DNA from: a virus | Lineage: Duplodnaviria > Heunggongvirae > Uroviricota > Caudoviricetes | Virus record (IMG/VR): IMGVR_UViG_3300029922_000006 | Reading direction: 5' to 3' (one strand) | Length of the DNA: 64,000 nucleotides | Shown: in pieces, positions 45,516 through 54,942 of the stretch | How positions within the stretch are numbered: position 1 is the first letter of the stretch | Layout of the letters: each line of letters opens with the position of its first letter | Program-made: the position numbers and the translations under genes | Notes under the pieces: generated by a model | The model's input: the letters and a program-made list of their open reading frames with translations, nothing else | Told to the model about the DNA's origin: nothing | Database searches by the model: none

Positions 45516-46461
45516 GCTTGAAGAGCTTAGAGTGTTCGACGATCTCTTTCACAACCTGCATATAGGTCTTGTCATCGAGCTCTGCACGGACAGCGATCTC
45601 TTCCAAGTGGGCAACCGAGAACTCTTCAGTTCCCTTTGTGCCAAGGCATTCCTTCTCGTCTTCAGTGAGATCACGCTTGCTGATGAATGTCATCAGGCTG
45701 ATCTTCTCGTCATGACTCGGAGGAGCGAGCTTCAACATGAGGTCAAAGCGACCTGGGCGATCTGCGAGAGATGCCAACAGGCTCTGTGGATGGTTAGTAG
45801 TAGCTACAATGAACGTAGGGAGGCTGAATACAACCCCAACGCCATCAAGGAGGTTCAACATTCCCGAGTCAACACCCGAGTTAGAGCGATGACGCTCGCT
45901 GTCGCCTCCACCGATGTCCTCGATGACGAGGATCATGCGGGTGCAATCCGCAGTGTACTTGCTGTTAGTAGACAGGAGCTTGGCGATATCATCAGCCTCG
46001 ATCTCTGAGGTCGGCCACATGATAACTACTGTACCTGGATCTTCAGCGATGAGGTCAGAACAGAACTTCTCGATAGCAGAGCTCTTACCCATACCTGGGG
46101 CAGAGTAGAGCAATACGCCACGCTTCTTAAGGCGACCAAGCTTCTCGTACACGTGGAGACGCGAGAAGAACTTGTTGGCTTCAGCCATGATCTTAGTGGT
46201 GTTCGTAACCGTCTCAAGGAGGTTACGCTTCTTAAACTCGATTGGACGAAGTCCAAGACCAGCCATCGTCTTAGTGAAGACGAAAGTGCCAGGCTTGATC
46301 TCGTACTGGCGCTCGTCTTCAGGCTTCTCAAACTTATACTGATAGATGAACTGACCATCCTGGAAGCAGAGATCCGACTCAGGGAGCTCGTTCTCTAGAC
46401 CAGCGTTCATGTCGTTAAAGGATGTTTTCTTCTTCAGTACGAACTTGCCTTCGTCAATCAT
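45454..46461 (-). CDS. AAA-family ATPase
   Basis: Walker A SAPGMGKSS; Walker B ILVIEDIGGG; second region of homology LASLADRPGRFD. Confidence 0.75.
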   Translation of the reverse strand: MIDEGKFVLKKKTSFNDMNAGLENELPESDLCFQDGQFIYQYKFEKPEDERQYEIKPGTFVFTKTMAGLGLRPIEFKKRNLLETVTNTTKIMAEANKFFSRLHVYEKLGRLKKRGVLLYSAPGMGKSSAIEKFCSDLIAEDPGTVVIMWPTSEIEADDIAKLLSTNSKYTADCTRMILVIEDIGGGDSERHRSNSGVDSGMLNLLDGVGVVFSLPTFIVATTNHPQSLLASLADRPGRFDLMLKLAPPSHDEKISLMTFISKRDLTEDEKECLGTKGTEEFSVAHLEEIAVRAELDDKTYMQVVKEIVEHSKLFKRDFEEKAKGRLGLGFGGDDD

Positions 46462-46757
46462 TATGAGCTCCCTCTGCCATTCACTTTTTCTTGTTTGTAG
46501 TGAACATAACCACTCTTGCCGTGGGCTCTGTTCTTCTTTTTCATTACATCTTTACGAAGAAACTCATCGTTAGGACCGGAACCAACAACTCGAGGGTTTC
46601 TCGCGATGTCTGCATTCCATAATCTTCTCGATACCTTATGTGTTTCCTTTAATGTGTTATACTCTAATCCATATCCTGGGTCACCCCAGCGGAACACTCT
46701 CTTGCCCTCAGCTAGAGCCTTCTTAAACTTATTGAGTAGCCCAAGTAAACTGCTCAT
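46461..46757 (-). CDS. hypothetical basic protein
   Basis: 98-aa ORF. Confidence 0.4.
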   Translation of the reverse strand: MSSLLGLLNKFKKALAEGKRVFRWGDPGYGLEYNTLKETHKVSRRLWNADIARNPRVVGSGPNDEFLRKDVMKKKNRAHGKSGYVHYKQEKVNGRGSS

Positions 46758-47014
46758 GCTTCTTCATTCTTACCTACATGGTTACCATCAAAGTTAATCC
46801 CTTGCGAAGATATTAACCATGTTTTCTTATTGATGCCATAGCTACCAGAAGTTCCATCAACATATCCTACATAAGCATGATCAGAATGAAACATTAACGA
46901 GTTAGGTGACACACTATAGTCATTAGACATCCAATTAGCTTTATTAGGACGATGTCCTTCCCACTTGTCGCCATATCTACGCTTGTAATCAACTACCCGA
47001 TTTGCCATTTTCAT
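46754..47014 (-). CDS. hypothetical protein
   Basis: 86-aa ORF. Confidence 0.4.
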   Translation of the reverse strand: MKMANRVVDYKRRYGDKWEGHRPNKANWMSNDYSVSPNSLMFHSDHAYVGYVDGTSGSYGINKKTWLISSQGINFDGNHVGKNEEA

Positions 47015-47804
47015 CTTGATCCTTATTCTTTAGAACTGTATCTTCGAAGATCTTTTGTTGCAGAGCTTGTAGATCAATCCCCATCTCTTTCATGACCTTG
47101 CGGTAAGTCGTTTTCTTTAGAGTTACTGTTCTCTTACCGTTATACTCACCATACGTAACTGAAACAGAGTCGGGATTGTATTCATTCTCAATGTTATAAG
47201 AGACACCTGCATCCCAGAATGACTCAAGGGGTGTGTAAGCACCTTTCATAGCAATCTTGATCTCACAGATGCGAACCTGCTTCTCTACATATTCCTCGTA
47301 TGCATCAGGAGTATGAAAGTAGCAGTGAAGCGTTCCGTACTTCTCTTTCAGCTGACCAAGAGTGATCTTGGGCTTATCAATCTTATTGAGTATAGGGTTA
47401 ACATACTTAATCTTAAGAGCTTTTGCGCCATAGAAATAGCTATGGAAGAAGCTACTGATAACTTTGCCAATCGCCTTAATGGGGTTTTTCTCTCGGTACT
47501 TGCCGTGCTTACCAAAACCCAATTGAGTCTTAATAGCGTGGAACATGTTCTTCCAGGGTTCAACGATAAACCAAGCTCCGGCTCCGCTTCGGATATAGTA
47601 ACCGCGCATAGTAGATTCATTGCGCTTGAAGCCTAATTCCTTCTGGAGCAGATCCATCATCTCAAGTACTTCTGGTGCCCAAGCTAGTGGACAATCAGGT
47701 GAGCACTCAGATTTACTGAAGTACTTACGCTCTAGCTCTGCAAGAGCCTTCTCGTTCTCAGGTGTCTTCCACTTATCGTGGTAAGTAACTTCATTATTAA
47801 ACAT
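46989..47804 (-). CDS. hypothetical protein
   Basis: 271-aa ORF. Confidence 0.5.
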   Translation of the reverse strand: MFNNEVTYHDKWKTPENEKALAELERKYFSKSECSPDCPLAWAPEVLEMMDLLQKELGFKRNESTMRGYYIRSGAGAWFIVEPWKNMFHAIKTQLGFGKHGKYREKNPIKAIGKVISSFFHSYFYGAKALKIKYVNPILNKIDKPKITLGQLKEKYGTLHCYFHTPDAYEEYVEKQVRICEIKIAMKGAYTPLESFWDAGVSYNIENEYNPDSVSVTYGEYNGKRTVTLKKTTYRKVMKEMGIDLQALQQKIFEDTVLKNKDQDENGKSGS

Positions 47805-48220
47805 TAGTCGATCTCTCTTTCGTACTCAGTGATCCACATCAGGATGAATCCAACTACTGCCATGCCGACAGCAGTGCCTAGAGCCATAGTTGTTCCGCTC
47901 ACACCGAGAGTGTGATACAAGATGGAGCAGATTACGCCAACCTCTGCATCAGCTTTCGATCTCATCGCTCCTTTATAGGCTGAATCTATGCAATTTTTCT
48001 CAATGTTGTACTGAGGTTCACCTTTGTCAGGATAGTAGCGACATTCCCAGTCAGAGTATTTTGCGAACTGTTCAATCATATCTTTACCAAAGTCGCCAGT
48101 AACGTAATGCGTATCATCTATAGTAACAGCTTTGTATCCATCTGTTAAAAACAGGAATAGGCCACCAATAAAGAACATAATTAAAAGTAATGAATTAAGT
48201 CTTACTAAAAACTGCTTCAT
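47804..48220 (-). CDS. membrane protein
   Basis: N-terminal and C-terminal hydrophobic helices; 138 aa. Confidence 0.45.
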   Translation of the reverse strand: MKQFLVRLNSLLLIMFFIGGLFLFLTDGYKAVTIDDTHYVTGDFGKDMIEQFAKYSDWECRYYPDKGEPQYNIEKNCIDSAYKGAMRSKADAEVGVICSILYHTLGVSGTTMALGTAVGMAVVGFILMWITEYEREID

Positions 48221-48232
48221 GTCTAGTCTCCT

Positions 48233-48475
48233 CTATTCGCATGTTTCGCTGGAGTAAACTACAGTCTTGTCATTAAGAGTGTACTTGCATCCATCCCACT
48301 CAGTTAGATCGCAGGTAACATTAGAACACTTAGTGTATTTAATATCTTTCTTAGATACGATCTGCTCGGTACGAAGATTAGATGTACCGTGATCAGTGCA
48401 TGAAAGAACTTGTTTGTTTCCATGCTGGGTCATAGTACAGACCAGAACAGCAACAGTTAAAAATCCCATTAGCAC
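48233..48475 (-). CDS. small secreted Cys-rich protein
   Basis: Signal-peptide-like N-terminus MLMGFLTVAVLVCTMTQ; six Cys in 80 aa. Confidence 0.4.
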   Translation of the reverse strand: MLMGFLTVAVLVCTMTQHGNKQVLSCTDHGTSNLRTEQIVSKKDIKYTKCSNVTCDLTEWDGCKYTLNDKTVVYSSETCE

Positions 48476-48658
48476 CTCTGAATGTTTATATATTCAGATT
48501 ACTTATACTTTTGTCTGTAAATGAAAAGTCTGACATTATCCATTGTTAGGTAGCGATCGCCTTTAATAACTTTGAGTTGGCGGAGTAGAGGCATCATAGC
48601 GCTAGTGGCATTTTCTTTCTTAAGATATTCTGCAGGATGAATAGGTTTCATAGAAAGA

Positions 48659-48736
48659 TGGTTGCGGGGGTGAGACTTGCACTCACATCATTTTGGCTTA
48701 TGAGGCCAAGCTGGCACTTCTTCCAGTCACCCCGCG
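48659..48736 (-). tRNA. tRNA-Met(CAT), initiator-like
   Basis: 5' CGCGGGG and 3' CCCCCGCAACCA are identical to the E. coli tRNA-fMet ends, including the C1-A72 mismatch. Anticodon loop CTCATAA; D stem CTGG/CCAG; T arm GTGAG-TGCAAGT-CTCAC. Confidence 0.7.
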
Positions 48737-48744
48737 AAGACATA

Positions 48745-48942
48745 TTATACACGTGTTGGTGGTTTCCCCAAAGGGGAATGTTTCATTATGAAACTGTGCG
48801 AACTAAAAACTGAGTCACCTAAGTTGACAGCATTTAGCTTGTGAAGGAATAGACGCAGGTTCATTATATGTGCCTTTATCTCTTCTAGCTTCTCATCCAC
48901 GGCTTGCATTCGAATAGACTTAAGATACTCTGATCCTGTCAC
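48745..48942 (-). CDS. hypothetical protein
   Basis: 65-aa ORF. Confidence 0.3.
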   Translation of the reverse strand: MTGSEYLKSIRMQAVDEKLEEIKAHIMNLRLFLHKLNAVNLGDSVFSSHSFIMKHSPLGKPPTRV

Positions 48943-49334
48943 ACTAGAGTCCTAGCGTAGTCAGCTAACTCTTGTGGCAATAGGTCAGGGTTCACACCTT
49001 TGGGCACGATTTTCGCTTTGACTCGGATCGTGCGAGGAACTGGATCGCTGATGCTAACAGGAGTACTAGTAAAGCTGTTTCCACCGTTTAATTCCTTGGC
49101 TTTCTTAATGTGGTTCATCACCATGCTTCGTGCATAGCTACGGACTTCGCCGTGGTTGTTTCTATCTTTAGAGTAGTCGATGAGACCATTGATGATACCA
49201 TTCATCACGTTAGCTTTCACCGTCTCAAGTTGAGCAGAACTAAGAGCAATAAGAGCGTTATCAACATACTTATTAAACTGCGGCACCTGAAGTAAAATCT
49301 CAGCAATAACCGCTTCTTTTTGACCTAAGCTCAT
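48939..49334 (-). CDS. putative late-transcription sigma factor (T4 gp55-like)
   Basis: VMNGIINGLIDYSKDRNNHGEVRSYARSMVMNHIKKAKE parallels T4 gp55 [44 protein letters not shown] (alignment recalled from memory). Confidence 0.4.
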   Translation of the reverse strand: MSLGQKEAVIAEILLQVPQFNKYVDNALIALSSAQLETVKANVMNGIINGLIDYSKDRNNHGEVRSYARSMVMNHIKKAKELNGGNSFTSTPVSISDPVPRTIRVKAKIVPKGVNPDLLPQELADYARTLV

Positions 49335-49445
49335 TTTAAACTCCCAATGAACCCGTTCAAGTGTACGTGGATTCCGAGCGTATTAAATGAAAAGCCCACT
49401 AGGCAAATGTAAATAACAAAAGCAAGAAATAAAAGTCTCAGCATA

Positions 49446-49772
49446 TCAGCCTCCAAACGTAAATTCTTTTTGATTCCTATCAGTAATAATAAAGACTCTA
49501 ATGTTCTCTACAGGAAGCACTGTCCACTCGTATTGACAGAGCTGAAGTTTACCTGCAGCTTTGAGACCAGAGAGTAGCTTCTGCACCTCTTTAGCATGGT
49601 CTGGCTGCTGCTTTACTGTACGAATAACACCATCATCGATGAGAAGTTCTTGTTTCAGAAAGTAAATGATTTCATCTAGCTGCTGAGTCGTTTCCTGCAA
49701 CCTCTGTAAGCACTGAATCTCTCTAGATACTTTCCCGTGTACGCTCACATCATCTCCATCAGCTTCATCCAC
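49446..49772 (-). CDS. hypothetical protein
   Basis: 108-aa ORF. Confidence 0.4.
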   Translation of the reverse strand: MDEADGDDVSVHGKVSREIQCLQRLQETTQQLDEIIYFLKQELLIDDGVIRTVKQQPDHAKEVQKLLSGLKAAGKLQLCQYEWTVLPVENIRVFIITDRNQKEFTFGG

Positions 49773-50311
49773 ACAGCCATAGTGGCTTGCGTGTCGTACT
49801 TCGCCTCGTGTACTTCACCAGGTATTACGATCTTGAAGTATTCTACCAATGAGCCTAAAGACAGACCAAGGTCTGGCGGAAGCTTACCCTTAATCAGAAG
49901 ACTGAATGCAATGCCAGTGATATCAACTGTGCGATAAGACACGAACTTATCCATCGTTTTCTTGCCCAGCAAATGCTCCTGCAACCAGGCTACATCGCGA
50001 TGGACCTGCTTACCGACAGGAATTAACTGGATCTTGCCGTCATTAGAGTTCTTCTGTAAGAACCGGAACAACTTCTGTCCTGCCTCAGAGTAAGTGATAG
50101 AGACTTTGTCGTGGTTCACAAGATTGATCTTGTTGATCTCAAGACCACCAGCTTCAACGTGGTAGACTCCATCGTTAGGCTTGACGAACATAGACAGACA
50201 GTCTACTACTTCCAGCTTAGTGTTCACTACTTCAAGATAGGTAGAGAGCAGGGAAACACCCTTGCTCAATCCACCTGTCTCATTGTCCATCGGTAAGAAT
50301 AAGAACTCCAT
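49745..50311 (-). CDS. DEDD-family 3'-5' exonuclease (T4 DexA-like)
   Basis: Exo I-like FLPMDNETGGL (T4 DexA IIDFETMG) and Exo III-like HEAKYDTQATMAV. Confidence 0.6.
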   Translation of the reverse strand: MEFLFLPMDNETGGLSKGVSLLSTYLEVVNTKLEVVDCLSMFVKPNDGVYHVEAGGLEINKINLVNHDKVSITYSEAGQKLFRFLQKNSNDGKIQLIPVGKQVHRDVAWLQEHLLGKKTMDKFVSYRTVDITGIAFSLLIKGKLPPDLGLSLGSLVEYFKIVIPGEVHEAKYDTQATMAVWMKLMEMM

Positions 50312-50625
50312 TAGATCTCCCCAGGCTCTTTGCCGTCAATAACCATATTCTCGATACCTAGCTGCAGCTCTAGCTCGTCTCTCTGCTTGCGTAGGTCCTC
50401 AATGCACTCGATAAGCTTTACCATGTTGTTCATTGCAGCTGCAGCAAACTGAGCGTCATCGCCGCACCATGCAACATGTTGCTTATACTGTTCTGGCACA
50501 TCTGTAACATTGAACCATCTATTGAATGGTCCACGTACTGTACCGCCATTGGCATACCACTCATTAACTTTAGTGGACGCAGCAGCGATTGCTTTAAGCT
50601 TCTCTAACTCTGCGATTGAGATCAT
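50311..50625 (-). CDS. hypothetical protein
   Basis: 104-aa ORF translationally coupled to the exonuclease gene. Confidence 0.45.
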   Translation of the reverse strand: MISIAELEKLKAIAAASTKVNEWYANGGTVRGPFNRWFNVTDVPEQYKQHVAWCGDDAQFAAAAMNNMVKLIECIEDLRKQRDELELQLGIENMVIDGKEPGEI

Positions 50626-50695
50626 TAGTTCACCAATACAAAGAGTACCAATAGAGTTGGTTCAAGGTAAAGATACAGGAAGTAGGTTGCAAACA

Positions 50696-51844
50696 TCATA
50701 ACTCATCCTTAAACCGCTCGCCGACGGGGAAGATTGGGATACCGTACTTAGAGATATACTGGTACTTAACAACAAGGGTTTTACCCTGCCACAATGAATG
50801 GTCGTTGAAGAAGTCCATTAGGCGTTCTTTAGGACCGCGCATCTTAACATCAAACGTGTCCTCACCTTTGGGTGCAGTAGGCGAATGACATACGAAGATG
50901 GCGCAGCCAGCATAGCCGCCACGACCCTCTTTAATACCGACGATTTGGAAGTCTGCGTCTTGAAACTCTTTAATCTTCTGTAGTCCATAGCTACGCTTAC
51001 CTTGGTACTCGCCCTCGATATTGCGAGCCATTCCGCCTTCATATCCACGCTTCAAGAAAGACTCAAACGCATTCATCATGTCGTCTTCAGTCTTAACAGA
51101 TACAGTCTCAGTAACGAATATGTAGTTGCACATACCGTTGACCATCTCGTAGCAATGAACGCTAGTGCGAAGGTTTTCAAATCTAGTAGCAAAACCATCC
51201 TTAGATGGCTTGTCGTACACGTGGTATTGAACCTCAGTACAGTTCTTCGCAGGCACTTCTTGACGAATCAATGAAGCAAGCTCTTCGAAGTTATCTTTGT
51301 AGGCGTGATTGTAAAGCTCTCCGTCGATCTCGTGGTATCCAGTAGTGAAGATCTTTTGAAGCTCCTCTACGATATGAGGACAGCTTGTGATGGGCTTGCG
51401 AGTACGAGACCAGAGCTTAGCAACACCGTCTTTAATGGTAGCAAGACAACGGTGACCGTTCAACTTAGGTTGAGTGTACGCTGGATACTTGATCTTATGG
51501 CCGTGGTCTGCGAACTTGTGAGCAAGCATGCAGTCATATCCACCGTCGATGTCTTTTTCGCCAGCTTCAGCACGGGAAACGTCTTCAACGTATCCCTTCT
51601 TGATCTTGCCTTCCCACTTTGCAGTGGCTTCGGCTAATGCTTGTTGTTCAGGAGTAGTAGCGTTCGCACGACCGGCATTCTTGCCCTCTTTGATTACTTC
51701 TTCAGTGCGTTGAATCTTACCGTCTTGTTGCCCAAAGTTAACAATAATGTTATTGCCATCAACACCAATTGACCACATTTGAGTCTTACCAGAACTAGCT
51801 TTTTTATACAAAACCGGCAAAGTTTTCATGTATTTCACCACCAT
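50696..51844 (-). CDS. ATP-dependent DNA ligase
   Basis: Motif I PKLNGHRC (KxDGxR adenylation lysine); 382 aa. Confidence 0.8.
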   Translation of the reverse strand: MVVKYMKTLPVLYKKASSGKTQMWSIGVDGNNIIVNFGQQDGKIQRTEEVIKEGKNAGRANATTPEQQALAEATAKWEGKIKKGYVEDVSRAEAGEKDIDGGYDCMLAHKFADHGHKIKYPAYTQPKLNGHRCLATIKDGVAKLWSRTRKPITSCPHIVEELQKIFTTGYHEIDGELYNHAYKDNFEELASLIRQEVPAKNCTEVQYHVYDKPSKDGFATRFENLRTSVHCYEMVNGMCNYIFVTETVSVKTEDDMMNAFESFLKRGYEGGMARNIEGEYQGKRSYGLQKIKEFQDADFQIVGIKEGRGGYAGCAIFVCHSPTAPKGEDTFDVKMRGPKERLMDFFNDHSLWQGKTLVVKYQYISKYGIPIFPVGERFKDEL

Positions 51845-51882
51845 AAGATCAAATTTATCCAGTTATATGATATAATCAGAAT

Positions 51883-52404
51883 ATGAAAAATTGTTCCAAT
51901 TCTAGTTGTACACAAGTAAATCCTCAACCATTAATTAACTTTGCTAAAAATCAAAAGAGCAAAGATAAACTACAACCATGGTGCAAATTATGTTGTAAAA
52001 GGCGACAAGCTGAATATCAAGTACAAAATAGAGAAAGTGTCAACAAAACTGCAAGAGAGTGGTGTAGACGCAATAAAGAAAAAACCAACAAGAAATGCAA
52101 AGAATATTATGACAATAATCCAGATAAAGTTAAAGACTATAAGTTGCGAACTAGTTTTGGCATAACATTAGAACAATATAGGAAAATGTCTGCAAGTCAG
52201 AATCACACTTGTGCTATATGTAAACAGCCAGAAACTTCTAAAGATCATAGAGGGAAGTTGAGATATTTAGCAGTCGATCACTGTCATAAAACAGGTAAAA
52301 TTAGAGGCCTATTGTGTCAAAAACATAATAGAATGCTTGGTCTTGCAAACGATGAACAACATATACTGTTGGCAGCTGCAGATTACGTTAGTAAAAATAA
52401 ATAA
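51883..52404 (+). CDS. endonuclease VII-family protein
   Basis: LAVDHCHKTGKIRGLLCQKHNRMLG; a TATAAT-like box lies 10-20 nt upstream of the ATG. Confidence 0.8.
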   Translation: MKNCSNSSCTQVNPQPLINFAKNQKSKDKLQPWCKLCCKRRQAEYQVQNRESVNKTAREWCRRNKEKTNKKCKEYYDNNPDKVKDYKLRTSFGITLEQYRKMSASQNHTCAICKQPETSKDHRGKLRYLAVDHCHKTGKIRGLLCQKHNRMLGLANDEQHILLAAADYVSKNK

Positions 52405-52827
52405 TCATTTAAACTTCTCCACTGCTCTGATTGCAGAGCTAGAAATATGAACCAAAGTGCGATCACAGATGAAATATACGATCGGAATCGTAAGTCCAAG
52501 GTCCTCACACCAGTACTGCTGAGTCTTCTCTGCATCTAGATCTTTGCCGTCACGTAGGCCACGAATGATTGCTACTGCGTCAACATGTTTTGCAAAGTCA
52601 GGAAGTAGTCCGTCATAAGTTTGCACATCAACATACTGATCGTTATATCTAACGTGTTCTGGAATCCTAAAGATTGGATTGTTATTGTGAGGGTTATTGA
52701 AGTTCTTTTCTGGGTTATTACCAATGCCAATAATAACCTTATCGAACAAGAGCAATGACTTATTTAGTATTTCTTCGTGACCTTTATGCCACGGGTTAAA
52801 GCTTCCTGGATATATTGCTACTCTCAT
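52405..52827 (-). CDS. nucleotidyltransferase (PPAT/NMNAT-like, HxGH class)
   Basis: MRVAIYPGSFNPWHKGHEEIL matches the CoaD/NadD (H/T)xGH motif (AIYPGSFDPITNGH). Confidence 0.6.
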   Translation of the reverse strand: MRVAIYPGSFNPWHKGHEEILNKSLLLFDKVIIGIGNNPEKNFNNPHNNNPIFRIPEHVRYNDQYVDVQTYDGLLPDFAKHVDAVAIIRGLRDGKDLDAEKTQQYWCEDLGLTIPIVYFICDRTLVHISSSAIRAVEKFK

Positions 52828-53255
52828 AAGAACAGCCCAGCCATAGCAAGAATGGTTAGACCATGCAAGAGCTGATCAAACCCGATTGTGGTGTAAAACA
52901 GGTGATCATTCCAGTACTGCCAGTTCTTACCACTCTCAGCCATCCACTTATTTTTCTCTTCTTGAGAAATTGTGAAGGCATCAGCTTCTTTCTTGATTCG
53001 ATAGTAGGCGCTTGCCTTATATAAGCGCCAGATGTTCCAATCAATCACGCCATGAATAAGGGAATTTAGTAGGGCAATCTTAAGTGCTATCAACGGATTG
53101 ACAACGATCATAAGTCCAAATAAGAAGAATGCGGTTTGAATAGCCAGGTGCTTTGCGAGCCAGATAAACTCTGAACTCTTCTTTTGACCCATCTCACGCG
53201 ATTGAAATATAAAATCTGCCACAAAATGCAGAATAAACATGTATGCGATGATCAT
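52824..53255 (-). CDS. multi-pass membrane protein
   Basis: 143 aa with 3-4 predicted TM helices. Confidence 0.5.
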   Translation of the reverse strand: MIIAYMFILHFVADFIFQSREMGQKKSSEFIWLAKHLAIQTAFFLFGLMIVVNPLIALKIALLNSLIHGVIDWNIWRLYKASAYYRIKKEADAFTISQEEKNKWMAESGKNWQYWNDHLFYTTIGFDQLLHGLTILAMAGLFL

Positions 53256-53287
53256 AGACCCTCCTTATAGAGGATTATACGATCAGA

Positions 53288-53980
53288 TTATTCGTCAGTG
53301 CCCGAGCATGTATGAGGAGCAAGGTAAGAGATATACACGTCGCAATCGAGCTTAACGATCTTCTGAGCGAGGTGTAACTTCACCATCTCTTCAGAGTCAA
53401 CAGACCATTCGGTATCGGTGATCTTTTTTTCGTAATCAGCCTTAGACATACCAATCACAGAGTAGATGGCTTCGTCGAACTCATCAGATGATCTCTGTAA
53501 GCCCTCGATGGCACGAGTATTGTGAACTAGTTTAGCAGTTGCGTGTTGCCAGAACATCTCGTGCATAATCATTCTAGAGTTTGCTACGACAAGGCGATGT
53601 AGACTGGTTGCTTGGATGTATCCTGCAGCAGAGCCACAGTACTTACAGATAACTACGACATTGGGGAGTTGAGCTATTAGCTTTCTGAGTACGACTGCTT
53701 GGTCGTATTGTCCGCCACCAGAGTTAATAATAAGGTAGATATTCTGGTCTTGTGGAACCATCACGCGCTTACCAATGATGGCATTGAACCAAGTGTTGAC
53801 GGATACCGCGGTGAACTCACCCTCGAGCACCATCGTATTTTGAGCTGTCATGGTGACTGTTTCAATTGGCTTATTAGGAGTTACGGCTGCGACAACCACT
53901 AGGGTGAAGAACAATGACAAGAAAAGAATTGACATTCTTTTAAGGATCTGTCTGACGATCATAATTAACTCCAGGTTCAT
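53288..53980 (-). CDS. ClpP/S49-family serine peptidase-like protein with N-terminal signal/TM, paralog 2
   Basis: Hydrophobic N-terminus (ILFLSLFFTLVVVAAV); IINSGGGQYDQAVVL, CGSAAGYIQATS (Ser) and RMIMHEM (His). Confidence 0.55.
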   Translation of the reverse strand: MNLELIMIVRQILKRMSILFLSLFFTLVVVAAVTPNKPIETVTMTAQNTMVLEGEFTAVSVNTWFNAIIGKRVMVPQDQNIYLIINSGGGQYDQAVVLRKLIAQLPNVVVICKYCGSAAGYIQATSLHRLVVANSRMIMHEMFWQHATAKLVHNTRAIEGLQRSSDEFDEAIYSVIGMSKADYEKKITDTEWSVDSEEMVKLHLAQKIVKLDCDVYISYLAPHTCSGTDE

Positions 53981-54012
53981 CTTCTAATGATACCCTGGAT
54001 AAGGATTAGACA

Positions 54013-54837
54013 CTATTGGTTACCGAGTAGTTCTCGCACCATTTTGCCAGTCTTAATCGCTGTTGCTTGCGATGTTCCAGTCATGAATGCTTGACCTTCA
54101 GCAGATGAATACGAGCGTGCGTTTGTACCAAACTCCCACACTTTTACAGTCGAACCATAGTTAGAAGTTGGTGCTCTCTTGCCACTCTCTTCCTTATTGC
54201 CGACAACAACGATGCGCTTGTCGTAGTAAGCAGGATAGTAATGCTTGCCAGCCTGATCGATGTCAGACTTCTCATTGCCTGCAGCAAATACCAGAGTGAT
54301 ACCCTTGTTCAAGGCTTCCTCAACAAGAGCTTTCTCTTCTGAACTTGAGTCAGTACCGCCACCAGAGATGTTGATAAAGTCTACCTTCTCGTCTATAGCA
54401 GCCCTAATAGCCTTTTTCATTGATTCGAGGTTATTATTGTAAGGTTTAGTGGGGTCATAATACTTCAGAACCACGATGCAGAAATTAGCTTTCATGTTTG
54501 CAATTGTCTTAGGATAGACGCCATAACCTAGGAATTTGTTCTTGGCATATTGATCGATGAGACCAGCGATATGAGTGCCATGGCCATGATGATCTGTCAG
54601 ACCAGTATCAGTGAAGTCCTTGCTTCCGGTCTCGCAGATCATTGGGGAATAGCGTAAAGAATCGGCGATACCTGTGTCGATAACTGCGATCTTAATAAGA
54701 TGATGTAGCTTGCTAGCCTGAGTAACCACTTCTTTAGCCGGAGGCGTGGTATTTGCCTCACTGGCCGAACAGCCAGCGATTATAGCTATACTAGGTATTA
54801 GAACCTTTAGGCTTTTCATTCGAAACACCTTCCGCAA
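54013..54837 (-). CDS. subtilisin-like (S8) serine protease, lipoprotein-type signal
   Basis: Catalytic-triad motifs IAVIDTGI, HGHGTHIAG and GTSQATA; N-terminal signal with lipobox-like IAGCSA. Confidence 0.8.
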   Translation of the reverse strand: MRKVFRMKSLKVLIPSIAIIAGCSASEANTTPPAKEVVTQASKLHHLIKIAVIDTGIADSLRYSPMICETGSKDFTDTGLTDHHGHGTHIAGLIDQYAKNKFLGYGVYPKTIANMKANFCIVVLKYYDPTKPYNNNLESMKKAIRAAIDEKVDFINISGGGTDSSSEEKALVEEALNKGITLVFAAGNEKSDIDQAGKHYYPAYYDKRIVVVGNKEESGKRAPTSNYGSTVKVWEFGTNARSYSSAEGQAFMTGTSQATAIKTGKMVRELLGNQ

Positions 54838-54942
54838 GTCTTATTACTCGTGTAAGTATCTCATTTCGGAAACTACATTTAGTCTCGTGCCTAGCAAATT
54901 CGGCATATCGTTTGATATATGCCGAATCATAGTTCATCGACT

